Origin: Malacoraja senta
Taxonomy: Eukaryota
DNA length: 64,000 nt
Direction of reading: 5' to 3'
NCBI GenBank assembly: GCA_038087875.1
Contig: JAXLNO010000645.1
Span: 248,001-312,000, forward strand
The notes beneath the pieces are model-generated. The model was not told the DNA's origin, ran no database searches, and saw nothing but the letters and a program-made list of their open reading frames with translations. Position numbers and translations under genes: made by a program. This document shows positions 11,612 through 24,054 of the stretch, in pieces; the first letter of the stretch is position 1, and each line of letters starts with the position of its first letter.

Positions 11612-12745
11612 CCCACCACGACCCTACCCTCTATCATAAAGGTCAGATGGAAGTTCTTGTATTACTCGTTTTATTATGAGACTATATTACTTCGGTTGTT
11701 GTTTTTTGTGATTTCACACCGCTGCTTTGAAGATTAACGCGCAGGCGCACTGGCGGGGTTCTTCACGTAATCACCTACGTAACTCCTCATAAAATAAAGA
11801 TCAAACTTCAAACTTAGGTAAGTTCTCGTTTAATCTTACTATTCTTGATTAGTACGGGTGTCAGAGGTTACGGGGAGAAGGCAGGAGAATGGGGTTAGGA
11901 GGGAAAGATAGATCAACCATGATTGAATGGCGGACTAGACTTGATGGGACACATGAACTAATTCTGCTCCTATCACTTATGACCTCATGCTACCTGTCCC
12001 GCTGAGTTACCCCAGCATTTTGTGTCTATCTTTAGTGTAAACCAGCATCTGCAGTTCCTTCCTATAAAGGAAGGTATAATCCCTCGCCTCTCAGTAACTG
12101 CAGCTCGGTGTCGGTCACCTCCCACCACCAGGGGGCATCAGACCCCGACCCAGAGCTCCCCACAGTAACTGAACCGAGTGTGTTACCACACACAGGCCCC
12201 ACAGCAGAGCGGCAGTGCGCCCCTCTCCTGTCCGCCCGCCCGCCTCCCAGCGGGATAGGCAAAGTCTCACAGCAGCTGTGTGATGATCGCTGGTCAGCGC
12301 CGACTCGTTGGGCCAAAGGGCTCGTTTCCAACTAAAACTGAGAAACTGCAGCACGAGTCTCCGACGTGCACCAGTGATTGCGATACTCTAAACCAAGGAG
12401 AAGCCCTGAACCAGTCTGTTGGAGGGAAGGGTTAAGGCTTTAAGAACACTGACGTCAAAAGGTCATAAGTGATAGGAGAATTAGGCCATTCGGCCCATCA
12501 ATTCTACTCTGACATTCCATCATGGCAGAATTATCTCTCCACCTGACCGCATTCTCCTGCGTCTCCCCGTAACCCTTGTACTAATGAAGAATCTGTCTAT
12601 CTCCGCCTTAAAAATATTGACTGACTTGGCCTCCACAGCCTTCAGTGGCAATGAATTCCACTGATTCACCATCCTCTGAGTAAAGAAATGCGCCGGTGCC
12701 CTACTTCCACCCCCCCCTCCCGTGCTGCCCTCCCCGGACACGTAC

Positions 12746-12923
12746 CGACGGGCTCCTGCCAGCCGCTGCTGCTGCCGAGGTGCAGAGAGCGCTGAGAGCG
12801 CTTGGAAGCTTGCTGACGTTGCTGATGTAACTACTCAGTCTGTTGACTGAACTGTTGGACGGCGAACGTTTGACACCAGGCACAGGTCCTGGCCACTTGC
12901 TGTTTGACCTTTTCTTGTGCAAC
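12746..12923 (-). pseudogene. SUN2: SUN2-like second coding exon (178 bp, phase 2-0)
   Basis: gtttcag acceptor, GTACGT donor. Continues ..ETPVR|LHKKRSNSKWPGPVP.. in frame, compare human SUN2 ..DSPLR|TLKRKSSNMKRLSPAP. Confidence 0.7.
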
Positions 12924-13690
12924 CTGAAACGATAAAGGGCAACGATTTAGGATAGAGGCAGACCAGGACTGCGAAAGAGAAGCAAAAAAGTAACGATGAT
13001 AAAGGAAACTGGCTATTGTTAGCTATTTGCTAAGTGACAATGAGAAGCTGGTGCGACTTGGGTGGGGGAGGGATGGAGAGAGTCGCTTGTCAGAGCTTGG
13101 AAGAGGGAGGGGGAAGAAGATTGTTTCACACGGGGAAGGAACATCATGACTCTCTCTCTCTCTCTCTCTCTCCCTCAAGGAACTGCAGATGCTGGTTTAT
13201 AAAAAAAAGTCACAAAGTGCTGGAGTAACTCAGCGGGTCAGGCAGTACCTGTTCACATTCCCTCCAACATACCTCATGAGCCCATCAACCGAATGGCTTC
13301 ATCAACAACTTATTGTCACGGCAACCCTGCCCTTGGCCTATGGAAGATATACCCTACATCCGATCATCCTACACCTGAGATTCCAAGCAGGAAAGAAGAG
13401 TCTGTTGGAACTTTCCTTGTGTTTTTGTCTAGAACATTTTCCTGTAGGGAAAGGTTCAGTTGGGTTTGGGGGGAGGGGGGAATGGGAGGGAGGGAGGGGA
13501 GGGATTGGGAGTTGGGAGGCGGGGCTGGGGGAGGAGAGGGTGGGGGGGAGTTGGAGTTGTGATGCACAGCTCCCTGAGTGAGGTACAAGGGTGGAGGCTG
13601 CATCTTTACTGTTAGACAGGAGCATAGCTTAGAGAGGAAAGAACGAGAGGGAGGGGGGGGAGGAGACAAGAGAGAGTTAGAGAGACGTAC

Positions 13691-13877
13691 CTGACGGGAG
13701 TCTCCTTGTAAGAGGCAGCGCCGGATTTGGTGGAGCCTCCGCTGCTGCTGGAGGCATCGTCGTTGTGCTGGAAGTAGCCGTTGGTGGCCAGACGGGGAGT
13801 GCGGCAGGACATCCTCACCGTAGCCCCACCACCCCGAGCCTCAGCCCCAGCACGGCACTGCCAGTTTTCCGCACTAA
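13691..13877 (-). pseudogene. SUN2: SUN2-like first coding exon (ATG at 13812)
   Basis: Strong acceptor, GTACGT donor. MSCRTPRLATNGYFQHNDDASSSSGGSTKSGAASYKETPVR aligns with human SUN2 MSRRSQRLTRYSQGDDDGSSSSGGSS..FKDSPLR; both reach the Arg at residue 41. Confidence 0.8.
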
Positions 13878-13999
13878 CTGTGAGCAAAGAAAAAGAGTGT
13901 GAGGGGCAGCCCTGCACTGGGCACTGGCACCCTGCCCGCTGGCCCAGAGAGGGAGGGGGTGGGGAACACATTGTTGTCATCCTACACACCCTCCCTGCA

Positions 14000-15108
14000 C
14001 ATGGCAGGGCACATGGTATTGGAGGTAGAGTGCTGACATGGATAGTGAATTGATTGGTAGACAGGAAACAAAGAGTAGGGATTAACGGGTCCCTTTCAGA
14101 ATGGCACGCAGTGATTAGTGGGGTACCGCAAGGCTCGGTGCTGGGACTGCAGCTATTTATAATATATATCAATGATTTGGATGAAGGGATTCAAAGTAAC
14201 ATGAACAAATTTGCAGATGACACAAAGCTGGGTGGCAGTGTGAACTGTGAGGAGGATGATGTGAGAATGCTGGGTGACTTGGACAGAGTGGGCAGATGCA
14301 TGGCAGATGCAGTTTAATGTGGATAAATGTGAGGTTATCCACTTTGGTAGCAAAAACAGGAAGGCAGATTATTATCAAAATGGTGTCAAGTTGGGAAAAG
14401 GGGAAGTATAACGGGATCTGGGGGTTTTTGTTCATCAGTCTATGAAAGTAACCATGCAGGCAGTGAAGAAAGCGAAAGGCATGTTGGCCTTCATAACAAG
14501 AGGAGTTCAGTATTGGAGCAAAGCGGTCCTTCTGCAGTTGTACAGGGCCCTAGTGAGACCACACCTGGAGTATTGTGTACTGTTTTGATCTCTAAATTTG
14601 AGGAAGGACATTCTTGCTATTGAGGCAGTGCAACGTAGGTTCAGAAGGTTAATTCCCGGGATGGCGGGACTGTCATATGCTGAGAGAATGGAGCGGCTGG
14701 GCTTGTATACTCTGGAATTTAAAAGTCTGAGAGGGGACCTTATTGAAACATATAAGATTGTTAAGGGTTTGGATACATTAGAGACAGGAAACATGTTCCC
14801 GATGTAGGGGGAGTCCAGAACCAGGGGCACAGTGTAAGAATAAGAGGTAAGCCATTTAGAATGGAGATGAGGAAACACTTTTTCACACAGAGTTGTGAGT
14901 CTGTGGAATTCTCTGCCTCAGAGGGCGGTGGAGCCAGTTCTCTGGATACATTCAAGAGGGAGCTTGATAGGGCCCTTAAATACAGAGGAGTTAGGGAATA
15001 TGGGGAGAAGGCAGGAACTGGGTACTGATTGTGGATGATCAGCCATGATCACATTGAATGGCGGTGCTGACTTTAAGTGCCGAATGGCTTACTCCTGCAC
15101 CTATTGTC
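14000..15108 (+). mobile_element. CR1-type LINE, 5'-truncated
   Basis: HGIGGRVLTWI, SGVPQGSVLG, FADDTKLGG, LRGDLIETYKI; same 3' UTR as 3144-4238. Confidence 0.95.
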
Positions 15109-16759
15109 GGGGAATCTACAACTAGGGGCTAGAGGCGTGGGTGACAGGAGAATAATTTTACGGGCAACCTGAGGGGCAACCTTTCCAACAGAGAGTGGAG
15201 GGGACATGGAACGAACTGCCAGAGGAAGTGATTTTCAGTGTTTAAAAGACGTTTGGTGAGGGATACGGATTGGAAAGGTTTAGAGGGATATGGGCCAAAC
15301 ACAGGCAAATGGGAGCAGCCCGGGAAGGCTCCTTTGTCGGCATGGACGAGGAGTAGGGCTCAAGGGCTTGTTTCTCGGTTTTGTGACTCTTTCAATGGAG
15401 GGTCGGTGACCTGACACATTAATGGGGTCAGACCTGCAAAGCCTACAACGCGTCTCCCGTTTTCATTTCGGACTTCCAGCATCTGCGTGTTTTTAATTTT
15501 CAACAGGCTGGCGCCAGCCAGCACCACCTGCAGGGCCAACACTGCGTCCACTCAACATGCGAGGCTGTGCCCAAACAACAGATAACATAGAAAATAGGTG
15601 CAGGAGTAGGCCATTCGGCCCTTCGATCCTGCACCGCCATTCAATATGATCATGGCTGATCATCCAACACAGTATCCCGTACCTGCCTTCTCTCCATACC
15701 CCCTGATCCATTTAGCCACAAGGGCCACATCTAACTCCCTCTTAAATATAGCCAATGAACTGGCCTCAACTACCTTCTGTGGCAGAGAATTCCAGAGATT
15801 CACCACTCTCTGTATGAAAAATGTTTTTCTCATCTCGGTCCTAAAAGACTTCCCCCTTGTTCTGGACTTCCCCAACATCGGGAACAATCTTCCTGCATCT
15901 AGCCTGTCCAACCCCTTAAGATCTCAGACAACACAAGCCACAGGCCACGTGACAACTGGCAAAGCGTCCCAGAACACTGCACCTCAGTTTAGCTCAGTTT
16001 ATTTCACTACAATGCTGAGAACTATATTCTGCACTCTGTATCTTCCCCTTTGGTCTACCTATTGAACTTGATTTGGCGATTGTATTGATGAATATTTTTT
16101 ATCTGATTTGATTGGATAGCTTACAAAACAAAGCTTTTCACTGTACACCAGCCCCACATGTAATAATAATAAAGCTAAACCTGAGGTACAGAAAGGATCC
16201 AGGCGCCTTGGCCCATCGAGTCCATGCTGACCATCAATCTCCCTTTCATACTAGTTCTATGTACATAAGTTCATGTTCAAGGAGCAGAATTGCCATTCGG
16301 CCCATCATTTACTACACCATTCAATCATGGCTGATCTATCTTTCCCCATCATCTCCATTCTCCCACCTTCTCCCCATAACCCCAAAGCTACCTCATTTTC
16401 ACATCCACTCCCTTCCACACTAGGGACAATTTACAGAGGCCAATAAAGCTACAAATCCGCACGTCTTTGGGACTAGTTATAACTAGCTGTATCAAGTGTC
16501 TAACACATGGCTGCCTGCGCCCGCTGCCTGAACGGAAGATAGTTCAAATGCTTGAACAATCACCATCCCCCTGCCCCTCGCTCTTCCCCCACTGGCCTGC
16601 AAACCCATTCCATTTCCATCATTTCTCCAGTTTCTTTGAGAAGTTCACCGGATCTGCTTCCTTCTCTGTTTCAGAGCAAATGTGACCAAAATACAAGAAT
16701 CCCAGAGGCAGCGCTGGTTGTTTCCAATCACTGTAGAGTTTACGTACAGCGCAGAAGCA

Positions 16760-17020
16760 AGCCTTCGACCCACCGACCATCAATCCCTGCTCATTAACTC
16801 CACCCTAAACACACTAGGGACAATTTTACATTTATACAAAGCCAATTAACCAACAAGTCTGTATGTCTTTGGAGCTTGGGAGGAAACGGAAGATCTCGGA
16901 GAAAACCCTCGAGAACATACAAACTCTGTAAATACAGCACCTGTAGTCGGGATCGAACTCTGGTCTCTGATGCCGCAAGTGCTGTAAGGCAGCAACTCTA
17001 CACTGCGCCACCGTGCCACC
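16760..17020 (-). mobile_element. tRNA-derived V-SINE (HE1-like)
   Basis: Reverse strand reads GGTGGCACGGTGGCGCAG..AGAGTTGCTGCCTTACAG..GAGTTCGATCCC (A and B boxes) followed by the conserved core. Confidence 0.8.
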
Positions 17021-19009
17021 CTTTCAAACCTGCACCGTCAACACATTGACCTTGTCATCCTGACACGACTTCTCCACACTCACTATCCTTTGTGATTTTA
17101 CACGTCTCCCCCAACCCCTCCTACTCACCCCTACTGGCCTGCCCAAATGGCTTGTGTTGGAAGGAACTGCAGATGCTGCTTTACACCAAAGATGGACACA
17201 AAATGCTGGAGAAACTCAGCGGGACAGGCATCATCGCTGGAGCGAAGGAATGGGCGACGTTTCCTGTCGACATTCTTCTTCAGACTGATGTCAGGGGAGT
17301 GGGAGATATCCTTATCTATAAACCTATAGATTTCCTTGTCTACACACCTCCTTCTCTATGTACCTCCCACTCCCGATATCTGTCTGAAGAAGCATCTAGA
17401 CCAGAAACGTCACCCATTCCTTCTCTCCAGAGATGCTGCCTGTCCTGTTGAGTTACTCCAGCATTTTGCATCTATCTAAGAAAATACAGGGACCAGACAA
17501 TCCAACTGGAACCAAGTGGAGCTTTACAGCCCCTAACTGACTGTGAGCCCATAAACAAGGCTTCCTCAACAGTCTAAAGTGCCTGTCCCAAGTACGCAAT
17601 TTTTTTCGACGACTGCCGGCACCCGTCAGTTCAACGTCAACACGTTGAAAATCCAGCGGCGACTAGGAAAAGGTAGGACTCTTTGGACGACTATTCACGA
17701 CCATACATGCGTCACGTGTCGACAGGTCTGGGGCCATGGGAGGGAGAGGCTGAGGCTGCGGTCTGGGGGAGGGAGAGGACGAGGCTGCGGCCTAGTCCTT
17801 GCCCCAGGTCCCGCTCCTCTCCCACCCTGTGGGCCCGGAGCAGCAGCCTCCGGACTCCACACCGGCTCGAACCCCAGCCCAGGGCTAGGAACCGCGTTCA
17901 GGGCCCAGTCCGTGTCTGTGTCCGCTCCCCAGCGCCCGGGCCCGGCTACAGCCCCGAGGCTCGGCCCACACCAGGTATCTTCACCTTCCCTCTTCTTTGC
18001 CCTCTCCTCCTCCCTCAATCACCTCTCCCTCCCTCAGTCACTCCCTTCCTCCCTCCATAACCCCTCTCCTTGCCTGCCTGCTCCCCCACTCCTCACCTCT
18101 ACCCTATCCCACCCCAACCCCACACGATGTTTAATGTCAATGAGATTCGGATTCCCTGTGTAACGTGAATGAAAACGGAAGAATTTGAATGAAACTGATT
18201 TTGTTTAGAATTTTATGTCCATGAGATTCAGGATTCCATCGTGATGCCATTGACAGGCAGGGCAAGTGGAAGCGGCTTTAAAAGTAGTTTTTGTAAAGTT
18301 ACAAATGTCAATAACTTGTACAATATTTCTTTAAAGTGTGCGGTTAGTTCATTCAGCGGTGAAGTGCCCCTGGGCTCTGAGAGCGCTGATGTGGGTCGGT
18401 GTTTAAGGTGAGGCAGTCAAGGGGGTGAGGCTGGGAGCCGCCACCGTCCGCAGGGCCCCCGGCGCCGGGAGGAGCGGTCACCTGTGCGGGGCCAGGGAGA
18501 CAGACAGACAGACCGAGTGATGGTCCCTGCAGGGTCCGAGCAGCAGAAGCTTCGCCGCGGCGCCGGGAACAAGGAGCGGGAGCGTGGCCACTTCACCCAC
18601 TCCCGTTCTGGTCGCCACCTGTCCCCGCCACACCTAGAGTACAGTATAGTATAGGAGATGGTGGTAGATGAGGGTAGGGTACAGTAGGGTAGGGTACAGC
18701 TGAGCTAAGCAGAGCAGAGCAGACACCAGACACGATCTCCTCCAACGCCGTCTGCCTGTGTCTATGTCCCGCTGCCCATTGGCTGCATCGTTCAAAATGC
18801 TACATTCTAGAATGTTAGTTTGTGTCGCGGCTCCAACCCCAGGGGGGTGGGGACAGGAACCATGACAACTGCGGCACCACCACCCCCACGTTCCAACCGG
18901 CACCACCCTCACCTCCACTCCCTGATCCCCACCTCCACACAATAGCCTCACTCTGACTATAAAAGATGAAACAGAGGCACATTTGGATAGCAGTAGCAGG
19001 ATCGGTCCG

Positions 19010-19510
19010 AGTTCTTTGAGGATGTAACTAGGAAAATGGACAAGGGAGAGCTAGTGGATGTAGTGTACCTGGACTTTCAGAAAGCATTTGATAAAGTCCA
19101 ACATAGATTGGTGGGCAAAATTAGAGCACATGTTATTGGGGGTAGGGTACTGACATGGATAGAAAATTAGTTGGCAGAAAGGAAACAAAGAGTAGGGATA
19201 ACTGGTCCCCTTCAGAATGGCAGGCAGTGACTAGTGGGATACCGCAAGGCTCAGTGCTGGGACTTCAGCTATTTACTATATGCATTCATGATTCAGATGA
19301 AGGGATGAAAAGTAACATTAGCAAATTTACAGATGACAGAAAGCTGGGTGGCAGTGTGAACTGTGAGGAGGATGCTATGAGAATGCAGGGTGGACTTGGA
19401 CAGGTTGGGTGAGTAGGCAGATGCACGGCAGATACAGTTTAATGCGGATAAATGATAGGTTATCCACTTTGGTAGCAAAAACAGGAAGGAAGATTATTAT
19501 CTAAATGGTA
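19010..19510 (+). mobile_element. CR1-type LINE RT fragment
   Basis: VDVVYLDFQKAFDKV, SGIPQGSVLG, FTDDRKLGG; stops and frameshifts. Confidence 0.9.
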
Positions 19511-20012
19511 CACAAAAATGCTGGATAAACTCAGCGGGTGCAGCAGCATCTATGGAGCGAAGGAGATAGGCAACGTTTCGGGCCGAAACCCTTCAGACTG
19601 ATAGGGGGTGGGAGGAGGCGGGGAGAAGAAAGGAAACAGGTGGACGATGAGCCCGAGGGTTTCTTCATATGAAAGTCCTGACATACCAGGAATCAGTCTG
19701 GTGAACCTTCTCTGTACTCTATGGCAAGAATGTCTTTCCTCAGATTTAGAGACCAAAACTGTACGCAATACTCCAGGTGTGGTCTCACCAAGACCCTGTA
19801 CAACTGCAGTAGAACCTCCCTGTTCCTATACTCAAATCCTTTTGCTATGATTGCTAACATACCATTCGATGGATAGGTGACGTTTCACAGAGTGCTGGAG
19901 TAACTCAGCGGGTCAGGCAGCATCTCTGCAGAACATGGACAGGTAACGTTTCGGGTCAGGACCCTTCTTCAAATTCTACTAAAAGAAATACATTAAGACC
20001 AACTAAAATATG

Positions 20013-20266
20013 GGTGGCACAGTAGTAGAGTTACTGTCTTACAGTAGCAGAAACCCGTGTTTGATCCTGATCTCTGGTGCTGTCTGCAGAGTTTGTATGC
20101 TCTCTCTGCGACCACAGAGATTTCCTCCCACATACCAAAGCCGTGCAGGTTTGTACGTTAGTCGGCATCTGTAAATTGTCCCTAGTGTAGTTAAGGAATG
20201 GGTGATTGCTGGTCAGCATGGACTCAGTGGGCCAAAGGGCCCATTTCCATGCTATGTTTCCAAACT
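20013..20266 (+). mobile_element. tRNA-derived V-SINE (HE1-like), diverged
   Basis: Same head, core and tail as 47684-47990. Confidence 0.75.
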
Positions 20267-21389
20267 AGGGACTACTGAAATGGGCTGGATTAATAAATTG
20301 TAATTGGCATAAAATAAAGGCCATGAATATTAAACTCTAACTTTAGCACTAATTTAACCAGTGAATATAACTAGGTCTAAACAGTACTGGAGGTACTCAG
20401 TGGGTCAGGCACCATCTGTCTGAACACAAAGTAAATGGACAGACATTTTGGGTCAGGAACCTGCTTCAGACTGATGGAGTAGGGCAGAGAAAGTGGGGAG
20501 AGAGAAGGGAGCAGGACAAAGCCTGGCGAGTGATAGGTGGATACAGGTGAGGGGGAGGTTGGCAGATGGATGGAGTAAGTGACAAAAGGCTGGAGGTGAA
20601 AAGGAGACAAGGAGAAGGAGATGAGAGCATTGAAATGTAAAGCCAGAGGGATGGATATGGGTGCAAGGGGTAGGAGGGAAATATAACTCAGGGATGAGTG
20701 ATGAGCATACAGAGGGGTAGGAGCAGTGACTGAGGTTTTGGGGAAGTGTGGACACCAGGGTGGGGGTGCAGGGTAAGACGGGAGTTTCCATCAGTATGCT
20801 CATCTCCCTCTCAGAGTCCCATATTTCCCTTTTACCCCCTTCACCCCCACCCTGTCCCATTACACTCGTATACCTCCTTCAAACTTTACATTTCGCACCT
20901 CCTCTCCTTCTGAAACATTCTCACCTTTACATCTCTAGTCTTTGTCACTTACTCCACAATCACCCCCTCACCTTATCCAGGGGGGAGCGGGTACTATGAT
21001 ATGTTTCTTTCTCTAGCTATTCTGCAGCCTCTGCCCCTCCACTTGAACTTGAACTAACTTATCTATGGCAGTAAATTACAGTGTAAGTCTCATTGACATT
21101 AAGAAGAGATTGACATTTTATGAATTGAAGTCCATGAATTGAAGTCCATGCAGACCTAAATACTATGAGATTTGTTTTCCTGCAGCTTCTACCCCTCCAC
21201 TCTTCAGAGCCTGTCCACACAAAAGTGCCATAATGAACACTAATTTGATCATTTGCAGATTTGCCATCCCATCTACCTGGACATTCGTACATGTATAATT
21301 TCCCCATTGATATGTTGATATTGTCTTACCTAATATAAAACATGAAAATATGTAAAATACTCCCCGACACATTTTATCTTCTATTATTA

Positions 21390-23517
21390 GGAGGCAGCAG
21401 TGTATCTCGGGTTATCATGCAGAGTGCTATCATCACTTCTGCAACATAACAACAAATCGAGCTATAGCAAGGTCTAGAAGGAAGAAAGGTAATGATGGGA
21501 CTCAAACAACATGAAAAGATATATTTGAAGATGTTGATTTATTTTACTTTTCATTCCTTTTCTCTTTTCTTTTTCCTCTTTCAATTGAGTTCAAGACGCT
21601 GAAAAGCCTGAAGCAGGTGAATCACCTCAAGAGGCAGTTCCTGATGGTGAAGCAGATGAGACAGCCCCAAAGAGACTGCTTCGATCCATGACAAGTGATG
21701 GTCAACAAACATGGACATGGGTGGAAAATTGTAGGTGGTGAATTGGACATTGACAAGGGTGATCTGCCTCCAGCCCCAAGCACCTTGCTAGAATTAACAT
21801 ACTGTTCATGCAAGAAAACAAACTGTGAGAAATCAAGTACAGGGAAGGAAGATGCTCATGTCAACAGCATGGTGAGCCTTGTACAGATTTATGTCAGTGT
21901 GTTGACTGCAGAAACTCTATTACTGCAAAAGACTTGGAATCTGATGAAGAATATTCAGATGAAGATCAGATCCAGTTTAAATTCCAATTTGGAATATTTT
22001 GGAGGACCAAGAAACCAAGAACTAATGTAAACAAATAAATCGGGGAAATAAATGATTATATAAAGTTTTATTTTATGTCCATCGTTTCACTGTTTATTTG
22101 GTCAAATTATTTAAACAATGAGTGAATTTCTTATGATAATGGCGTGCTGGTGAATGACAGTGCAACAGTCCACCCACCCATCCACACACACACACATACT
22201 ACGTACGCACACTTCCATGCATGCACATACATGCACAAATACATTCACGCATCCACACACACATCCGCACATCCATCCGCATGCAGACATACATGCACAC
22301 ATCCATCCAGACATATACATCGACACACACACACACACACATCCACACACACATCCATCCATTCACACACACATACATCCACACATTTACATCCACTCAT
22401 CTACAGATACACGTTTGACAGGTATACACAGCCACACACACAAACTACAGATACTCAAACAATGCAACACTTTTAGGGTTCTTGTAGGTTGAAGCTAATA
22501 GCCCTCATTTGCAAAGGCACAATGAGGGGGTCTGTAACATAAATATAGGCTCATTGTAGCTTAAAATGAATACTCGTCCAGTAAACATCAGACCATTCGA
22601 TTCTTGGTCAGGATGTGACATTTCATTACATCAGAAATAAGACTTTACTCTTACAGGTCTGTCCCCCAACCTGGCACTGCCCCAGTCCCACTATGGCCGT
22701 GACCCCCACTCTCCCCACTATGGCAGTCAGTGGGGTTCAGTAAACGGGGGAACCCAGAGGATCTGTCCTGACCCTTTAATTAGGCAGGTTCATAAGCCCA
22801 TAAAACCTGGGACCTCTGCGGCAGTCTCATTCATTTTGCTATTAAAGCGACTGGAAGATGCCTTGCAGGTCTGTCCCCCAGCCTGGCACTGCCCCAGACC
22901 CACTATGGCCATGACCCCCACTCTGCACACTGGCAGTCAGTGGGGTTCAGTAAAGGGAAGAATCCACAAGAACTGCCCTCACCCATTAATTAGGCTGGTT
23001 CAGGAGCCAGATCTCTGGAGCAGTCTCATTCAAAAAACACTCACAATTATATTCATTATATTATTTGTATTTAGAAACATAGAAAATAGGTGCAGGAGTA
23101 GGCCATTCCGCCCTTCGAGCCTGCACCGCCATTCAATATGATCATGGCTGATCATCCAACTCAGTATCCTGTACCTTTTTTCTCAAAGCCACATTATAAT
23201 ATAATTATACTAAATTATATATGATTACAGTCATGTTTACATCATATATATATAGGTATAATAATATAGTTTAAATGGACTGCAACACGGAAATAGGCTG
23301 CCCATTGTGTAATATTGGCCACTAGATGGCGCTTACTTTCCCGATCTCAATTTCTAATAAGGTTAATTATTTAATGTGCAACTTTTGGCACTGACGAGTT
23401 ATGACTTTCTCCTCAATTATATTTAATCTAAATCTACGGAAAATGTCATGTAGTTCCGAGATGTGGGTCACGAAAATGGATTTCTAGACACATTTTTGAT
23501 GCTCGACCCACAGCCTA
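21390..23517 (+). mobile_element. Internally deleted DNA-transposon remnant, Academ-like; boundaries approximate
   Basis: GYHAECYHHFCN (~21410) and GHGWKIVGGEL..LPPAPSTLLELTYCSCKKTNC../GRCSCQQHGEPCTDLCQCVDCRN plus an acidic tail (21714-21975). This is a Cys-rich C-terminus of the kind described for Academ proteins. Interrupted by a CA-rich microsatellite (22170-22450), a ~210-bp tandem duplication (22655-23030) and a LINE tail. Confidence 0.5.
23316..23333 (+). promoter_or_regulatory. Consensus CTCF-type motif
   Basis: TGGCCACTAGATGGCGCT matches CCACYAGRKGGCRC; motif match only. Confidence 0.6.
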
Positions 23518-23716
23518 AATGGAAAAGCAATAGAGAACAAGATGCTAATTTCCTAGTATAAAAATGGCCATAACTTTGTTAATACTGAAGATATGAAAGT
23601 GAATTAGGTGTCAAATTAAACTTCATTTTATGTTTTATTTGAAGGGATAAATTACAGGCTTGGTTTAAAATCTCAAAATGTTGTAACATTCCTACATTGT
23701 AAATGTTTACCTGCAG

Positions 23717-23789
23717 TTCACCGCATGTCCTCCAATTGGCTTCACCGCATGTCCTCCAATTGGCTTCACCGCATGTCCTCCAGTTGGCG
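23717..23789. repeat. 24-bp tandem repeat x3 (TTCACCGCATGTCCTCCAATTGGC)
   Basis: Directly visible. Confidence 0.9.
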
Positions 23790-24054
23790 CTCCCTATGGG
23801 ACTGGTGTTTGAGAGATGAGTGAAGAGAGGAAGGGAAAGGACCCGGTGTTGGTTGGTGAGTGAGTGAGTGTGGGGAATGTGCTCACCAGGGTGAGGGAGG
23901 GGAGTGAAGGGAAAGACGTTCATCTCCATCTTCTTGCCCCATATTTCCCTTTGACCTTCCCACCCACCTCCCTCTGGCTTTACATTTCCCAGCTCGTCCT
24001 GATCCAACAAGTTTCATCACTTTCACCTTCATCTTTGTCACTGACTCCACCATC

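Larger units (their letters stand above)
6989..11843 (+). mobile_element. Full-length DIRS1-type tyrosine-recombinase retrotransposon inserted into a CR1 3' fragment
   Basis: Inverted terminal repeats 7017-7048 and 11737-11768 match perfectly over 32 bp. The internal complementary region 11498-11611 pairs with both termini. ATT at both ends; the host LINE reads GATAGATAG-ATT-CTTGATTAG when the element is removed. gag, RT/RNase H/MT and YR remnants are present. Confidence 0.97.

Noticed and set aside
12119..12227. Candidate missing SUN2 exon
   Set aside because: The acceptor lacks a polypyrimidine tract, the phase-0 reading hits a stop, and there is no similarity to SUN2 that I can recognise.
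22111..22492. His/Thr-rich and Cys/Val-rich ORFs
   Set aside because: Translation of a degenerate (CA)n microsatellite.
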